64,000 nucleotides of DNA from Octopus vulgaris (taxonomy: Eukaryota). Each line of letters begins with the position of its first letter. Position 1 is the stretch's first letter. The notes beneath the pieces are model-generated. The model worked only from the letters and a program-made list of their open reading frames with translations. It did no database searches and was not told where the DNA came from. Positions 26,046-42,561 of this stretch are shown here, in pieces. The stretch covers positions 18,290,001-18,354,000 of the forward strand of contig OX597817.1 in NCBI GenBank assembly GCA_951406725.2. The letters run 5' to 3'. Made by a program: the position numbers and the translations under genes.

Positions 26046-26120
<75 letters not shown>

Positions 26121-26206
26121 ACACACACACACACACATACACACACACAGTCACACGCACACTCGTACACATGAGGACTACATGCACACATATATACACG
26201 CATATA

Positions 26207-26254
<48 letters not shown>

Positions 26255-26637
26255 TATATGCGTGTATATATATTTATATATATATATACATATTCTTCAA
26301 TTCAGACACGTATTCGTAAGCTTGTATCGGAATGAGATAATGGATATCGATTAATTATGATATCGATACAATTAATGAATTTAATCAGTACTGGACTGAC
26401 TATTTAACAATCTTGAACTCTTAAGAATTTCATTAGTACGAACATCAAATATACAGGTCACTGGTGTGAACAAAGCGTCTCGTACCTGATACAGGCGCAC
26501 GTAGACATACAAATAGACAAAAAAAAAAATTCACACAGAATGAGTCTCAATGTAAGAAACGAATTTCTGCGTAGATACTCTGTCTGTTAGAAATAGTTGC
26601 CAAATCTACTTCAAATAAACACTCTAACAACCTAAAA

Positions 26638-27015
26638 TGGAGGCGCAATGGCCCAGTGGTTAGGGCAGCGGACTCGCGGTTCAATTCCCAGACCGGGCGT
26701 TGTGAGTGTTCATTGAGCGAAAACACCTAAAAGCTCCACGAGGCTCCGGCAGGGGATGGTGGTGATCCCTGCTGTACTCTTTCACCACAACTTTCTCTCA
26801 CTCTTACTTCCTGTTTCTGTTGTACCTGTATTTCAAGGGGCCGGCCTTGTCACTCTCTGTGTCACGCTGAATATCCCCGAGAACTACGTTAAGGGTGCAC
26901 GTGTCTGTGGAGTGCTCAGCCACTTACACGTTAATTTCACGAGCAGGCTGTTCCGTTGATTCGGATCAACCGGAACCCTCATCGTAGTAACCGACGGAGT
27001 GCTTCCATCCCATCC
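26638..27015 (+). mobile_element. tRNA-derived SINE family C with perfect 12-bp TSD
   Basis: tggcccagtggttag A-box, ggttcaattccc B-box; TSD aacaacctaaaa at 26626-26637 and 27016-27027. Confidence 0.92.
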
Positions 27016-28849
27016 AACAACCTAAAAATGAAAGCATGCAGTAGATAGAACAAGAAACAGAAGTAGCCAAGTGTAGAATACTTTTTAACCATTATCTTGT
27101 ACAATCCATTCTTGAAATCGGCGGAAAGGAAAATGATTGTAGCAATTTAGGAGTCCACGAACCAATGAGTTAACTTAACAAGGTTGCTTCAAGTGCTAGA
27201 AGTAGCAGCCAAATCTATGGGAGTTGAAATGGTGACAAAACCAACTTGATTCGCAAGGAGTTTACATGTTGTTCTTACGGCGTTCACAAACTACGAACAT
27301 TAGCTATATGAATGCATGCGTGACTCTGTGACTGCGTATGTCTGTGCACACACGCACACGTACACGCACATTTGTATATACCCAAGGGGCCGGGAACAGG
27401 GAGTGTAGCGGGTGCACCTGCACCCCTGGGAATTTTCAGGTGGTGCAAGATCAAAATTTGCACCCCCTACATAATTTTACCAGTTTTAGAAAATTGCTTT
27501 CAGACCGTTTTTCGAAATCAGTGACAGTGGTTACTGGGAAAAACATTAAATAGATATTCGCAAACAGGTCTCCCTTATCGAAAACCCGTGATTACCGTGT
27601 GTTGACAAGAGACAATAATCTCGAAACTGCAGTCCATGCGTATCACTTAGGTTTACGAGAGGAGTGACCTCTCTTTGCAAATATCATAAGGGCACAGGAA
27701 TTGTGTCTAAAGCCAGCTGGAGACGATGATCTCCTGGGGCTAAAAAGCTACAGTAACACCAGTGGTTAGCCATATCGAGATGGCTAGTATAATTTACGTT
27801 GTCGAGCGCTTACTGTTTACACCTCGCTCAGAGATTTATTAGTGTCTAAAAAGTTATCTGTATAAGATGCTTGAAGCTAGATTTCGTGTCAAAGCAAAAA
27901 CAAAGAACAAAAATAAATAAATAAAAGTGATGAAGCTGGGCTTAAAATTCCCAAAGGAATTTATGACTGACCAACTTCTGAAGCAAAGTAGCGTCAAAAT
28001 AAAAAGTATGTGACAACAACAACAGTAGTAGCAAACAACAAGAACAACAAAATGACCAGCATCTACGGCTACTCTTCTTTGTCCTCTTTGCTGTCCTCTT
28101 TGTAGTTGATGTCGCTAAAGACTGACGACATGGTTGAATGGATTCAGCCTAAAAATAAAAGCCCTTTTAAAATTCTTTCAGTCATATCGGTTTTCTCATT
28201 TAGGTTGTGAGGTCCAAAGTTTGACAAGGGAACAAAATGATTTATTTTGATGTTTGATATTTAATGCTCATTGTTATATGCCTTGATATTTATTGCTCAT
28301 TTGAAATACTAGTCAATTTGAATTAAAAAAAAAATTTAAAAAAAGATTTTGAAAGGAAACATTTAACTATAAATGATTGCAGACCAACTCCGAAATTACC
28401 TAATTTGTGAAGAAATATATTCGACAATTTCAGACTAATCTATATAAAAAGAAAATGATATTAAAAGCATTACCTACCGTCATCCTGACGCGGTTAACCA
28501 CGAAGAGGTGCTTTTTTTTCGCTCATAAGTCTAACCGTAGCTGAGGCCAGCATACGGGCTAATATACTTTTAACAGAGGTCTTTAATTTTATTAATCTTA
28601 ACTAATCCGAGGATTATATCCAGCCTGGAGCTAAGCAACGGCAGTAGAGGGATGCGAACGCTTTCCTCGATACAAAAAAAGAATTTCCCATACATCATTA
28701 CCCGTCCAATTAGGGGAAAATAACATACTCGACTTTATTATTCTTTATTCTTTATTCACAATGTTCACAAACTTCTTTATTCACAATGTTCAATTCATTC
28801 CCACAGCTATTTCCAACCAAAGCATTATACAATTATCTGTATATAGTAC

Positions 28850-29420
28850 AGATATATCCGACTCGCAGCATGGATTTCTACTCCGAAGATCTTGCCTAAC
28901 AAATCTTCTCCTTCTTGAAGAATGGATTACAAGGACCATGGCTGAAAAAGACTTGGTGGACGTGGTATTTTTGTACTTCGCAAAGCCAGAAGGAATCTTT
29001 TCCTCATCCACCGATGCTTTCAAATGGAGTCTTTTAGCCTGTATACATCACTCTAGTTCGACCCATCCTCGAATATTGCATCCATAACTCAAACCCATAT
29101 CTCCAGAAAGACATTCAACACCTGGAACGGGTTCAACACTTGGCAACCCGAATGGGCGCGGGCTTGTCTAAGCTTGCGTAAGAGGAACATCTCCAACGGC
29201 TGGCATTGCCTTCACTCGAACGACGGAGGATTCAGGAAGATCTCATCCGGTTTTCAACATCTTCAACGGACATGTGAACTTACCATTTGCGCAGATTTTC
29301 ACCACAGCGCCAGAGAGAGAGGTCTTCGTGGATATGATCGCAAACTCTATCCCCGACACTTTCGTTTCAACTGGTAGAAGGCTGTATTCTCCGTCCGTGT
29401 CGCAGCCCCGTGCATAATCC
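28850..29420 (+). mobile_element. CR1-group LINE remnant (internally deleted)
   Basis: SQHGFLLRRSCLTNLL..VDVVFLYFAK; LVRPILEYC; KDIQHLERVQHLATRM; LERRR. Confidence 0.85.
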
Positions 29421-29459
29421 AAGCGAATTCTTTGATCCCACAACTCAAGTGCAGAGACA

Positions 29460-30488
29460 AAACTTAAAATTAATATCATGAAAGTTGATATACTTGCGGC
29501 TATTAATGATTTAGACTCAAACTCAGCATCTGTACCAGATAGTATTCTAGTTATATTGCTAAAAAACGTGCAAAAAACGCCTCATGAAATCATTAAAGTT
29601 ACTATTTCAAAAGTTGCCAGATACCTTCATATTCCCGAAACTATTGAAAGAAGCTATAATAAAACCTATATAGGTACAAAGGAGGTAGCAGTGCTGAAGC
29701 TAAAAATTACAGACCTGTTTCCCTCACGTCTTACACGTCTAAAATTATCCAATGCCTAGTCCGAAGACAAAAAGTAATAACATACCTGAGGGAAAACAAC
29801 TTAGATGACACTCGGAATAGGTTTCGGACTGAACGAAGTTGCCTGTCACAATGCTTACAGCATCATAACACTACCTCTAATAATCTCTTAAAAGGAAAGA
29901 CCATTGACTGTTAAAACTTTGATATTGTCAAGGCGTTTGACAAGACTGATCATGGAATCATCTATCATAATTTAAGAAATCTTGGTATCACAGGAAATGT
30001 GGGAGAATGGTTCTTTAACGGTAGGAGTCAACCTATTACTGCAAATAAATTTCTCTCTAAGTTACCTGTAATACATCGTATACACCAGGGAACGAATTAC
30101 ACAAAAAATATCGATGGCTTGGAGCTAAACCAGAAAAAATATGAAAATTAGTACTTCAAAATTTCAGCTTCTTCATTACAAACGAATTCACCCATATCGC
30201 AATATTTGACACACAGTAACATAATGATTCAGGGCACTATCGACTTCTTTAAATGCAGCAAACTCACAGGCTGCATCCTACGAACATTCATGACAAGGGA
30301 ACCGGTAGTTAGTTTTATATTTAGGAAAAACCCTAGTTCCGAGCAGCTTATATTACTGCTTACAATTTTAATCTTCTAACTCATCCGGTCTCATAGAAGA
30401 AATTGAAGGGTTACAAGGAACGTTCACTGGTAGAATACCTTCGGTTAAAAGTCTTATTTACCGACAATATCTGAAAGCGCTGAGTCTC
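29460..30488 (+). mobile_element. Second CR1-group LINE RT remnant
   Basis: AINDLDSNSASVPDSI, KNYRPVSLTS, FRTERSCLSQ, KAFDKTDHG, IEEIEGLQGTFT. Confidence 0.82.
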
Positions 30489-30895
30489 TGTGGTAAGTAG
30501 ATTGCTGTGTGGTAAGTAGATTGCTTACTAACCACATGGTTCCGTGTTCAGTCCCACTGTGTGGTACCTTGGGCAAGTGTCTTCTACTATAACCTCAGGC
30601 CGAAATTGTGAGTGGATTTCGTAACCTCAGGCCGACCAAAGCATTGTGAGTGGATTTCGTAGACGGAAACTAAAAGAAGCCCGTCATATATGTTTGTGTG
30701 TCTGTGTCTGTCTCCACACCATCTCTTGACAACCGATGTTGGTGTGTTTACTCTCCCGTAAGTTAGTGGTTCGGCAAAAGTGACCGATAGAGTAGGTACT
30801 AGGTTTACAAAGAATAAGTCCTGGAGTCGGTTTGTTCGACAAAAGGTGGTGCTCCAACATGGCCGCAGTCAAATGACTGAAACAAATGAAAGAAT
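30489..30895 (+). mobile_element. SINE family A with two small internal tandem duplications
   Basis: tgtggtaagtagattgct x2; taacctcaggccga..ttgtgagtggatttcgt x2. Confidence 0.85.
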
Positions 30896-31129
30896 ATATA
30901 TATATATATATATATATATATTACTCAAAGAAATTCCAACTTTGATTTTTACGTTTTATTCACAATCTTATAGTGATGTAGTATTAGAGACGAGAATATA
31001 ACTTTCCAAGAATTCTCTCATCATCTGAACTTTCCAGGTATTCGTAGGAGTATTCCAGGAAGTCTCATCGTCGGAACTTTCCAGGAAGACTTCGGAATTT
31101 TCCAGGAAGTGTCATCCCTATCTTATCTG

Positions 31130-31301
31130 TTGTTGATGACCATTTTGATGAACAGAAAAGCTTCTTCGGCAGTGCGATCCAAGCACTGCAACTGTGTGTA
31201 TGGGCAGTAAGAGGAACTATGTTAGAAAATGAACTTCACTTGGTCACATTCGATTGAGCGTGTCTTGCTCAGATTACGAACATTTCAGCCGAATCCTCAT
31301 A
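31130..31301 (+). mobile_element. Mariner 3' end remnant
   Basis: DDHFDEQKSFFGSAIQALQ..NYV followed by TIR-like ttcagccgaatcctcata. Confidence 0.5.
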
Positions 31302-31446
31302 ATAACAAAATTTATTATTATACATGCATCTTTTATGTTAACATTGGAAAAATCCACATTTTTCATAAAAATATTAGGACTTAGGTTTGCTCCCCCTTAG
31401 CAAATTTTGTTGCTGGGCCAATGTATATACCCTGTTCCTATTGAAT

Positions 31447-31524
<78 letters not shown>

Positions 31525-31591
31525 CATATGAATATATATATGTTTGTATGCATATGAATATATATATATATATATGTTTGTATGCGTATGA

Positions 31592-31622
<31 letters not shown>

Positions 31623-32093
31623 TATATATGTGTTTCAGAGTTTTGTGTCTGTGTATGTATATGTACTTGTTTTTGTGTTCGTATGTATGTGTGTGAGTGT
31701 GTTTATGTGTATGTGTGTGTTTCCTCGTATGCACGTGTGCTTGTTAACTAAACTTGTCTATGATTGATAAGCTATTGATTATCGTTTGGTTGTAACAATT
31801 TGGTGGAAGCAATGTTAATTCTCCGTCTGTTATAAAAAAAAAATCATCACCACCACCACATGAACCAAAATAACAGCTCAAAAATAAAGTATAGTAAAAT
31901 AACAACAACAAAAAAAAACCCAATAAAAATGTACATAACATAAATAAAACAATCATTCACCCAAAATTTACAAAACAAAAATGAAAAAAAGAAGGAAAGA
32001 AGTAGAAACAGCGACAAACGCGTTAGAAAATTCTTGTTGCTGAAATCAATGAAGACATTTGGCTGAAGAAGGAAGGCGCTCGATATAACATCG

Positions 32094-32176
32094 TTAATTT
32101 GTGCCAGTCTTAATATGGCCGCCGACTGATTCTGCTGACATTGACGAAGTATGAACGAGACTAGAAGCAGACATCA
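32094..32176 (-). other. Candidate terminal host exon
   Basis: Strong acceptor ttttttccctttttag; open frame MSASSLVHTSSMSAESVGGHIKTGTN*; no homology recognised. Confidence 0.25.
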
Positions 32177-32814
32177 CTAAAAAGGGAAAAAAATGCGAAA
32201 AACAAGCCAGCCCTCGCAGCACATTCATATACGCACATAACACACACACACACACACACACACATACACACACACATATACACACACATATACACACACA
32301 AACACAGACAGACAGAGACACACGCACACACGCAAACACACAAAAGTGTATGCGCACACATATGTTTGTTATTTGCTGGAAAGTATAATATAGCAATCTA
32401 TAAAGTGGCTTATAAAAGCAAAGAAGAAAACAAATAAGAAAAAAAATACCCATAAAACAACAACAAAAAAATTCTACTAAAACCAGTTCGAAACCGAATC
32501 CGCCATCCCCTCGAAAAACAAAAACCTATAGAAATCCCTGATTGATTATTGATTGATACAGGAAGACGAGACGATGATGCTGAGAGCATGGTGATGATGA
32601 TGATATGATGGTGATGATGTTGATGATGATGATGATGTTGATGATGATGATTGAAACGGTGATGGTGATTTGTTGATTTGTCAAGCTAACGAAGTGCTCC
32701 ACTGGGAATTGTGAAAGCATACACTGGACTTCATAAGCTAAACAAATATATGTGTAATTGGAACCTGACCATACACACGCTCAAAAACATATGCATATAC
32801 ATCTATGCCTGCAC

Positions 32815-32932
<118 letters not shown>

Positions 32933-33020
32933 CTGCGCGATAGATATACTCATCTCTGATTCTGTGAGTATATGCATAAGCACAGACGTGCGCGCATACA
33001 CATACACATATATATATATA

Positions 33021-33244
<224 letters not shown>

Positions 33245-34692
33245 AAGCGCGTGTGATTGTGTGTGTTTGCATGTGCTAGTGACGTCTTGACAAATTCAAA
33301 GACTTTCGAGAGAACGTTGAACGTTGTACTAATTCTTTTTTATCTCGAAGCACACTTATAAGGCTATAGATAAGAATACGTAAATACACTAGATTTAAAA
33401 CCTTTTTTGGATAGAGAAATTCGAAGAATTGCTTTGGTAGAATCGCAGAATGTCTGCCATGTCTACGGAAGATGTGAGTTCGAGTTCCACGTGCGGGTTT
33501 TCAACCCAATATCTACTTGCTATTACGTGTAGCTTTTTGTGTGTTCTTCGAAATATACTAAACAGAATCAGTTCTCGTTCGTTCTCTCAAAATATTATAA
33601 ACTTTTAACTGGTAACATATTTAGTTATCCCCTGAAGAATGTAAAGAAAAGTCGACAGTACTCTACTATTACTAGCAAGAAAATACCATTCCATCTGTTG
33701 CTAATGTTGTGAGAGAAACTGAGGTTCGATTGAAGCCATTTCAAATATAAGGAGAGTTGTGGGTGTGGTATATTACAAAAAGCTTCCTTCTCTGACGAAT
33801 TTATCCCCGAAAGGAGAGGTGAAAGATGACAAAGCACTCCTTAAAAATTGCAGAGTTTTTCATATGACCTTGAACGAAGAACTGAAGAAGACACTGTCAA
33901 ATGTGTGCTGAACGTGTGTTGTGTCTGTTAAGGCATATGACGGCGTGTCGGCATTTTAAAACCAAGCATAAGTCTATAAGATACGCAGATGATGCGCCAT
34001 ACGCTTTCTAAATGTTCGCCCCTCACAGCAAATGGATTTCAGGAATATTAGGATCCTGTCCTGTGGGTTAAATCATTTTTGTGCTATAATGTGGGCGTAG
34101 AGATGACCAGTGGCAACACGAGTTCGCTTGGTTTCTTAATGGACATCCATGAGCTAATAAGAAACAAAGACCACAAAGCTGTCTCGGAATTGTATCCTAT
34201 TAAGGGATTGGAGACAAAACCGATGAGACTAATGAGAAAGGGAGTAAAAGCTGCTTGAGTGCCTTCTGTTTAGAAGAAGAGAAAACGCAAAAAAGTCAGA
34301 GATTGGCAGGTGAAGGTAGAGGCGATATCAACAGTAGCAAGCTTCAAATGGGCTACCGATGTTTTAAGAGCAAAATCACTGAGCCGGTTGCAAGCAGAAA
34401 CAATTCGCTCTCAATGTCACAAGATCAATCAGATTGCCAGTAGCAGTACCATCGCATCTACTCGGTGTCGAGGAAGAAATGGTTCTTGTTGATATGTGCA
34501 AAACGTCTCCTCCATCGACAGGTGCCAATGTATATCAAAGTATTAGCCTGATTTTTAAAATCGCGGTGAAAAAATAGGTTCACCGTACTGATGTTGTAGT
34601 ATAAAAGCATCTTATAAAATGAGATTGTAGGCGATTGCTAGGTACCTTCTACTCAAGTGCTGGCCTGGTTTCACAATTTGAAGCCATTAAAA

Positions 34693-35050
34693 TGGCGGCG
34701 AGGTGGCAGATTCATTTAGGCGTCTGATGAAATTCTTAGGGACTGTTTTTGCGACCCTCCACTTTTTGAGCGCAAATACCACCGAGGCCACGTTTGCTTT
34801 CCTTCTTTCTGGAGTCAGTAAAATAGATACGAGTCAAGTACCAGGGATGATGTAATTAACATTTTTCCCTCCCTAAAATTGTTAGCCTTGTGCCAAAATT
34901 AAAAAGAATGAATTATTGTTATTATTATGGCGGATTAGCAGAATAATTAAAGCATCAGAAGAAATACTTTGCGTTGTTTCTTGGTTTTGCGTTCAAACCC
35001 CTCCGAGATCCACATTGCTTCTCATCATTTCGGGGATTTTAATGAAGTTG
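34693..35050 (+). mobile_element. Two decayed family B SINE copies (duplicate at ~39164-39520)
   Basis: atggcggcgaggtggcaga head, ccgaggccacgtttgctttcc body, gccttgtgccaaaatt tail. Confidence 0.65.
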
Positions 35051-35099
35051 ATAACATTAACTGTATCTTTGTTCAAACACATTCACACATAAAGAGATT

Positions 35100-35990
35100 T
35101 TCTTGTCCACTAATAATAGAAGGTATATTGCTTACAATCTTGCTCTAAATTGAAATGCAACTATTTGTACACTCTTGAGTTATTCTATAGTAAACCTACT
35201 TCACCACCCTACACAAATATGTCTTCTGAAAAATCGCCATGCTTGTTGTACGTCTGTCTAACGATCGACAAATTCGCAAATCTTAATGAATCCTGTTATT
35301 TTAACTATATCTGACATATGCTAGTGGCTGTGCCAAGTTTTTAATGTCAGTCAATTTGTCCGGCTGAATTGCAAATCTTGAACTTACTTTAATATTTCCA
35401 ATAAGTTGCCCGAGTTGATCATTATAAACGTCCAAGACTTGTCTTCGCGTAATATCATTTGACAGGAATTTTTTAAAAATTTGTTTACTGATTTTTGACC
35501 GGAAACAATTTTATTCATTCTAATTGCCGTTGGGAAAAGTTCTTCCTCAATACTAGAATTTGCGATTGAGTAAGAGACTTCATAAGACGTTCTTAAATAC
35601 TTCATTTTGAACCAAGCAATTGTCTTTCAAGTTTCAAGTGATTGTCTTTCTTCTGATGATTCCAATAGCCTTACGAAGAACTGTACAGATTTAGCGATAT
35701 AGGAAGAATGCTTTGTCTCAAGGTATCTTTTCAATTTTCCAAGTTTTAGAATTTCCTCGGCCAAAAGTCTTTAGAATCAAGTAGATGGGACAATGTTTAT
35801 TGTTCATGGGAATAAATATAAATCCATTTAGTCTACAAAAGGAAATGCGCACAACTGCCAAATTATTTAACACATAGAGAATTATCCGCAGTCACTGAGA
35901 ATTTGCGCTTTTGCCTTGGCTTACTTCAACACTCAAATCTTACACGATAGTTTTATCTCACATTTTTCGTTTTCACTTTTCTGAATTTTT
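35100..35990 (-). mobile_element. hAT (Buster/Charlie-like) transposase remnant (duplicate at ~39570-40460)
   Basis: RYLETKHS; KYLRTSYEVSYSIA..EEELFPTAI; FAIQPDKLTDIKNLAQPLAYVRY (compare FAIQLDESTD..QLL.YVRY). Confidence 0.8.
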
Positions 35991-36269
35991 TTTTGAGTTG
36001 TGCTTGTTATAAAAATGTCCGTAGTTAACTGGGATGGAATAATATGTTTATGCTTATTACTTTACTTTTTAAAACAATTTTGTATAAAAAAAAACAACTT
36101 TCTTTTCCTTTATGTTGTTTTATAACACTAATAATTTTCCATTTGTTGACTTGAATTTCACTTTTATTAACTTTTATTAGTCTTCTACGTATATCAAGTG
36201 TTTGCGAAACAGATATTTACTATCTCTATCAACTTTTGGATGCTGACTTCGGACCTAAGTTGAAACTGT

Positions 36270-36690
<421 letters not shown>

Positions 36691-37066
36691 TAAGTTGAAA
36701 CTGTTGTTGAAAACTGGGATGGTATATGTTTATGCCTATTACTTTTCTTTTCCTGTTTTTTAAAAATAATTTTGCTTCTGAAGTATAAATCTTGCCGGAG
36801 GAATGTGTAGGAGTACGCCACATCTTGGTGACAGCAAAGTTAACTTAGTTCGTACAAGTATATAAATGTAAGCTCTTTTTAAGCTTAACTTTAGTTTATT
36901 AAATCTACACTGCTCCATTAGTAACCTCAAACAACTAGACAGATTTACACTTCTTTACAATAGATAAATCAAAGGCGAAGTGAAGTGACAAGCAGATCGA
37001 TATCCCAACCCTCCGGTTGTCAGTTACATAGTCTTTCTGCTCTTAGCAAGAACATTACTATGAAGC

Positions 37067-37130
<64 letters not shown>

Positions 37131-37320
37131 CGTCCGCCCGTGTGTGTGTGTATGTGTGAGTGTGTATGTGTGAGAGGGAAAGAGAGAAAGAGAGAGAGAA
37201 CATAAAACGTCACGAGATATGAGAGGTGAATATATTTATTTAACCACTTGATATCCGTAGGATTACGGCCGTTTCGCAGCCTTCATCATGTAATAACTTC
37301 AGTGCGTAATAAATTATTAG

Positions 37321-37560
37321 TGGAGGCGCGTGGCGTAGTGGTAAGGGTGTCAGCAGCATGATTGTAAGATTGTGGTTTCGATTCCTGGACCGGGCGACGC
37401 GCTTTGTTTTTGAGCAAAACACTTCATTTCATGTTGCTCCAGTCCACTCAGCTGGCAAAAGTGAGTAACGATGCTTGAAAACACATACACCATGGAAACC
37501 GGGAAACCGAGTCCATGAGCCTGGCTAGGCTTTAAAAGGGCGCATTTATTATTATTTATT
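37321..37560 (+). mobile_element. tRNA-derived SINE with (TTA)n tail (duplicate at ~41895-42132)
   Basis: tggcgtagtggtaag A-box, gtttcgattcc B-box, tail gcatttattattattt. Confidence 0.85.
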
Positions 37561-37670
37561 ATAATAAATTATTACACATGTCTACTTCACTATGCATACT
37601 ACACATTGTGTAATGTGTAGCATGCATATATGGGCGTAGACATGTAAAATGATATATATAATAATATAAG

Positions 37671-37811
<141 letters not shown>

Positions 37812-37847
37812 CATATGTATATATATATATATACATATATATATATA

Positions 37848-38515
<668 letters not shown>

Positions 38516-38623
38516 TATATTTAAAAAAAGGAGATGTCGAACACGAGTGGTGATATATAAAAAAGGAAATGAAGAAAATGCTGACAAATAATTGAAGTAA
38601 TTTAAGTAATTTAATTAGGTGAA

Positions 38624-38738
38624 AGTTCTTTTTACCGGTTGCGCATTTGTTATGCTTATCAAAATATGTATTAAAATATCAAAATATGCTTATCATATTT
38701 TGATAATCATAACAAATGCGCAACCGGTAAAAAGAACT
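38624..38738. repeat. Inverted repeat at the duplication junction
   Basis: agttctttttaccggttgcgcatttgttatgcttatcaaaatatg / catattttgataatcataacaaatgcgcaaccggtaaaaagaact. Confidence 0.92.
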
Positions 38739-40739
38739 GTTTAGAAGAAGAGAAAACGCAAAAAAGTCAGAGATTGGCAGGTGAAGGTAGAGGCGATATC
38801 AACAGTAGCAAGCTTCAAATGGGCTACCGATGTTTTAAGAGCAAAATCACTGAGCCGGTTGCAAGCAGAAACAATTCGCTCTCAATGTCACAAGATCAAT
38901 CAGATTGCCAGTAGCAGTACCATCGCATCTACTCGGTGTCGAGGAAGAAATGGTTCTTGTTGATATGTGCAAAACGTCTCCTCCATCGACAGGTGCCAAT
39001 GTATATCAAAGTATTAGCCTGATTTTTAAAATCGCGGTGAAAAAATAGGTTCACCGTACTGATGTTGTAGTATAAAAGCATCTTATAAAATGAGATTGTA
39101 GGCGATTGCTAGGTACCTTCTACTCAAGTGCTGGCCTGGTTTCACAATTTGAAGCCATTAAAATGGCGGCGAGGTGGCAGATTCATTTAGGCGTCTGATG
39201 AAATTCTTAGGGACTGTTTTTGCGACCCTCCACTTTTTGAGCGCAAATACCACCGAGGCCACGTTTGCTTTCCTTCTTTCTGGAGTCAGTAAAATAGATA
39301 CGAGTCAAGTACCAGGGATGATGTAATTAACATTTTTCCCTCCCTAAAATTGTTAGCCTTGTGCCAAAATTAAAAAGAATGAATTATTGTTATTATTATG
39401 GCGGATTAGCAGAATAATTAAAGCATCAGAAGAAATACTTTGCGTTGTTTCTTGGTTTTGCGTTCAAACCCCTCCGAGATCCACATTGCTTCTCATCATT
39501 TCGGGGATTTTAATGAAGTTGATAACATTAACTGTATCTTTGTTCAAACACATTCACACATAAAGAGATTTTCTTGTCCACTAATAATAGAAGGTATATT
39601 GCTTACAATCTTGCTCTAAATTGAAATGCAACTATTTGTACACTCTTGAGTTATTCTATAGTAAACCTACTTCACCACCCTACACAAATATGTCTTCTGA
39701 AAAATCGCCATGCTTGTTGTACGTCTGTCTAACGATCGACAAATTCGCAAATCTTAATGAATCCTGTTATTTTAACTATATCTGACATATGCTAGTAGCT
39801 GTGCCAAGTTTTTAATGTCAGTCAATTTGTCCGGCTGAATTGCAAATCTTGAACTTACTTTAATATTTCCAATAAGTTGCCCGAGTTGATCATTATAAGC
39901 GTCCAAGACTTGTCTTCGCGTAATATCATTTGACAGGAATTTTTTAAAAATTTGTTTACTGATTTTTGACCGGAAACAATTTTATTCATTCTAATTGCCG
40001 TTGGGAAAAGTTCTTCCTCAATACTAGAATTTGCGATTGAGTAAGAGACTTCATAAGACGTTCTTAAATACTTCATTTTGAACCAAGCAATTGTCTTTCA
40101 AGTTTCAAGTGATTGTCTTTCTTCTGATGATTCCAATAGCCTTACGAAGAACTGTACAGATTTAGCGATATAGGAAGAATGCTTTGTCTCAAGGTATCTT
40201 TTCAATTTTCCAAGTTTTAGAATTTCCTCGGCCAAAAGTCTTTAGAATCAAGTAGATGGGACAATGTTTATTGTTCATGGGAATAAATATAAATCCATTT
40301 AGTCTACAAAAGGAAATGCGCACAACTGCCAAATTATTTAACACATAGAGAATTATCCGCAGCCACTGAGAATTTGCGCTTTTGCCTTGGCTTACTTCAA
40401 CACTCAAATCTTACACGATAGTTTTATCTCACATTTTTCGTTTTCACTTTTCTGAATTTTTTTTTGAGTTGTGCTTGTTATAAAAATGTCCGTAGTTAAC
40501 TGGGTGGAATAATATGTTTATGCTTATTACTTTACTTTTTAAAACAATTTTGTATAAAAAAAAACAACTTTCTTTTCCTTTATGTTGTTTTATAACACTA
40601 ATAATTTTCCATTTGTTGACTTGAATTTCACTTTTATTAACTTTTAGTAGTCTTCTACGTATATCAAGTGTTTGCGAAACAGATATTTACTATCTCTATC
40701 AACTTTTGGATGCTGACTTCGGACCTAAGTTGAAACTGT

Positions 40740-41271
<532 letters not shown>

Positions 41272-41652
41272 TAAGTTGAAACTGTTGTTGAAAACTGGGA
41301 TGGTATGTATATGTTTATGCCTATTACTTTTCTTTTCCTGTTTTTAAAAATAATTTTGCTTCTGAAGTATAAATCTTGCCGGAGGAATGTGTAGGAGTAC
41401 ACGCCACATCTTGGTGACAGCAAAGTTAACTTAGTTCGTACAAGTATATAAATGTAAGCTCTTTTTAAGCTTAACTTTAGTTTATTAAATCTACACTGCT
41501 CCATTAGTAACCTCAAACAACTAGACAGATTTACACTTCTTTACAATAGATAAATCAAAGGCGAAGTGAAGTGACAAGCAGATCGATATCCCAACCCTCC
41601 GGTTGTCAGTTACATAGTCTTTCTGCTCTTAGCAAGAACATTACTATGAAGC

Positions 41653-41715
<63 letters not shown>

Positions 41716-42294
41716 GTCCGCCCGTGTGTGTGTATGTGTGAGAGGGAAAGAGAGAGAGAGAGAGAGAGAGAGAACATAAAACGTCAGGAGATATGAGAGG
41801 TGAATATATTTATTTAACCACTTGATATCCGTAGGATTACGGCCGTTTCGCAGCCTTCATCATGTAATAACTTCAGTGCGTAATAAATTATTAGTGGAGG
41901 AGCGTGGCGTAGTGGTAAGGGTGTCAGCAGCATGATTGTAAGATTGTGGTTTCGATTCCTGGACCGGGCGACGCGCTTTGTTTTTGAGCAAAACACTTCA
42001 TTTCATGTTGCTCCAGTCCACTCAGCTGGCAAAAGTGAGTAACGATGCTTGAAAACACATACACCATGGAAACTGGGAAACCGAGTCCATGAGCCTGGCT
42101 AGGCTTTAAAAGGGCGCATTTATTATTATTTATTATAATAAATTATTACACATGTCTACTTCACTATGCATAATACACATTGTGTAACTGTTGATGACAA
42201 TATATGGGCATAGACATGTAAAATGATATATATAATAATATAAGCAATATATATATATATATATATATATCATATAATATAATATATCATATAT

Positions 42295-42561
<267 letters not shown>

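Noticed and set aside
27382-27470. GC-rich caaggggccggg...tgcacccc resembling a hAT left end
   Set aside because: No matching right TIR or TSD found
31015-31115. Short reiterated ttccagga motifs, superficially CRISPR-like (also the ~50605-50755 triple repeat)
   Set aside because: Irregular spacing, no unique spacers, eukaryotic context and no cas genes
33425-33495. tRNA-like segment with gttcgagttc
   Set aside because: No cloverleaf can be folded; at most a decayed SINE head. SINE heads elsewhere are likewise not called as tRNA genes
37258-37312. Hammerhead-like AUGAUGA-AGGCUGC-GAAAC-GGCC-GUA on the minus strand (duplicate at ~41832-41885)
   Set aside because: Palindromic helix III is present, but the core C is missing and stems I and II do not pair convincingly
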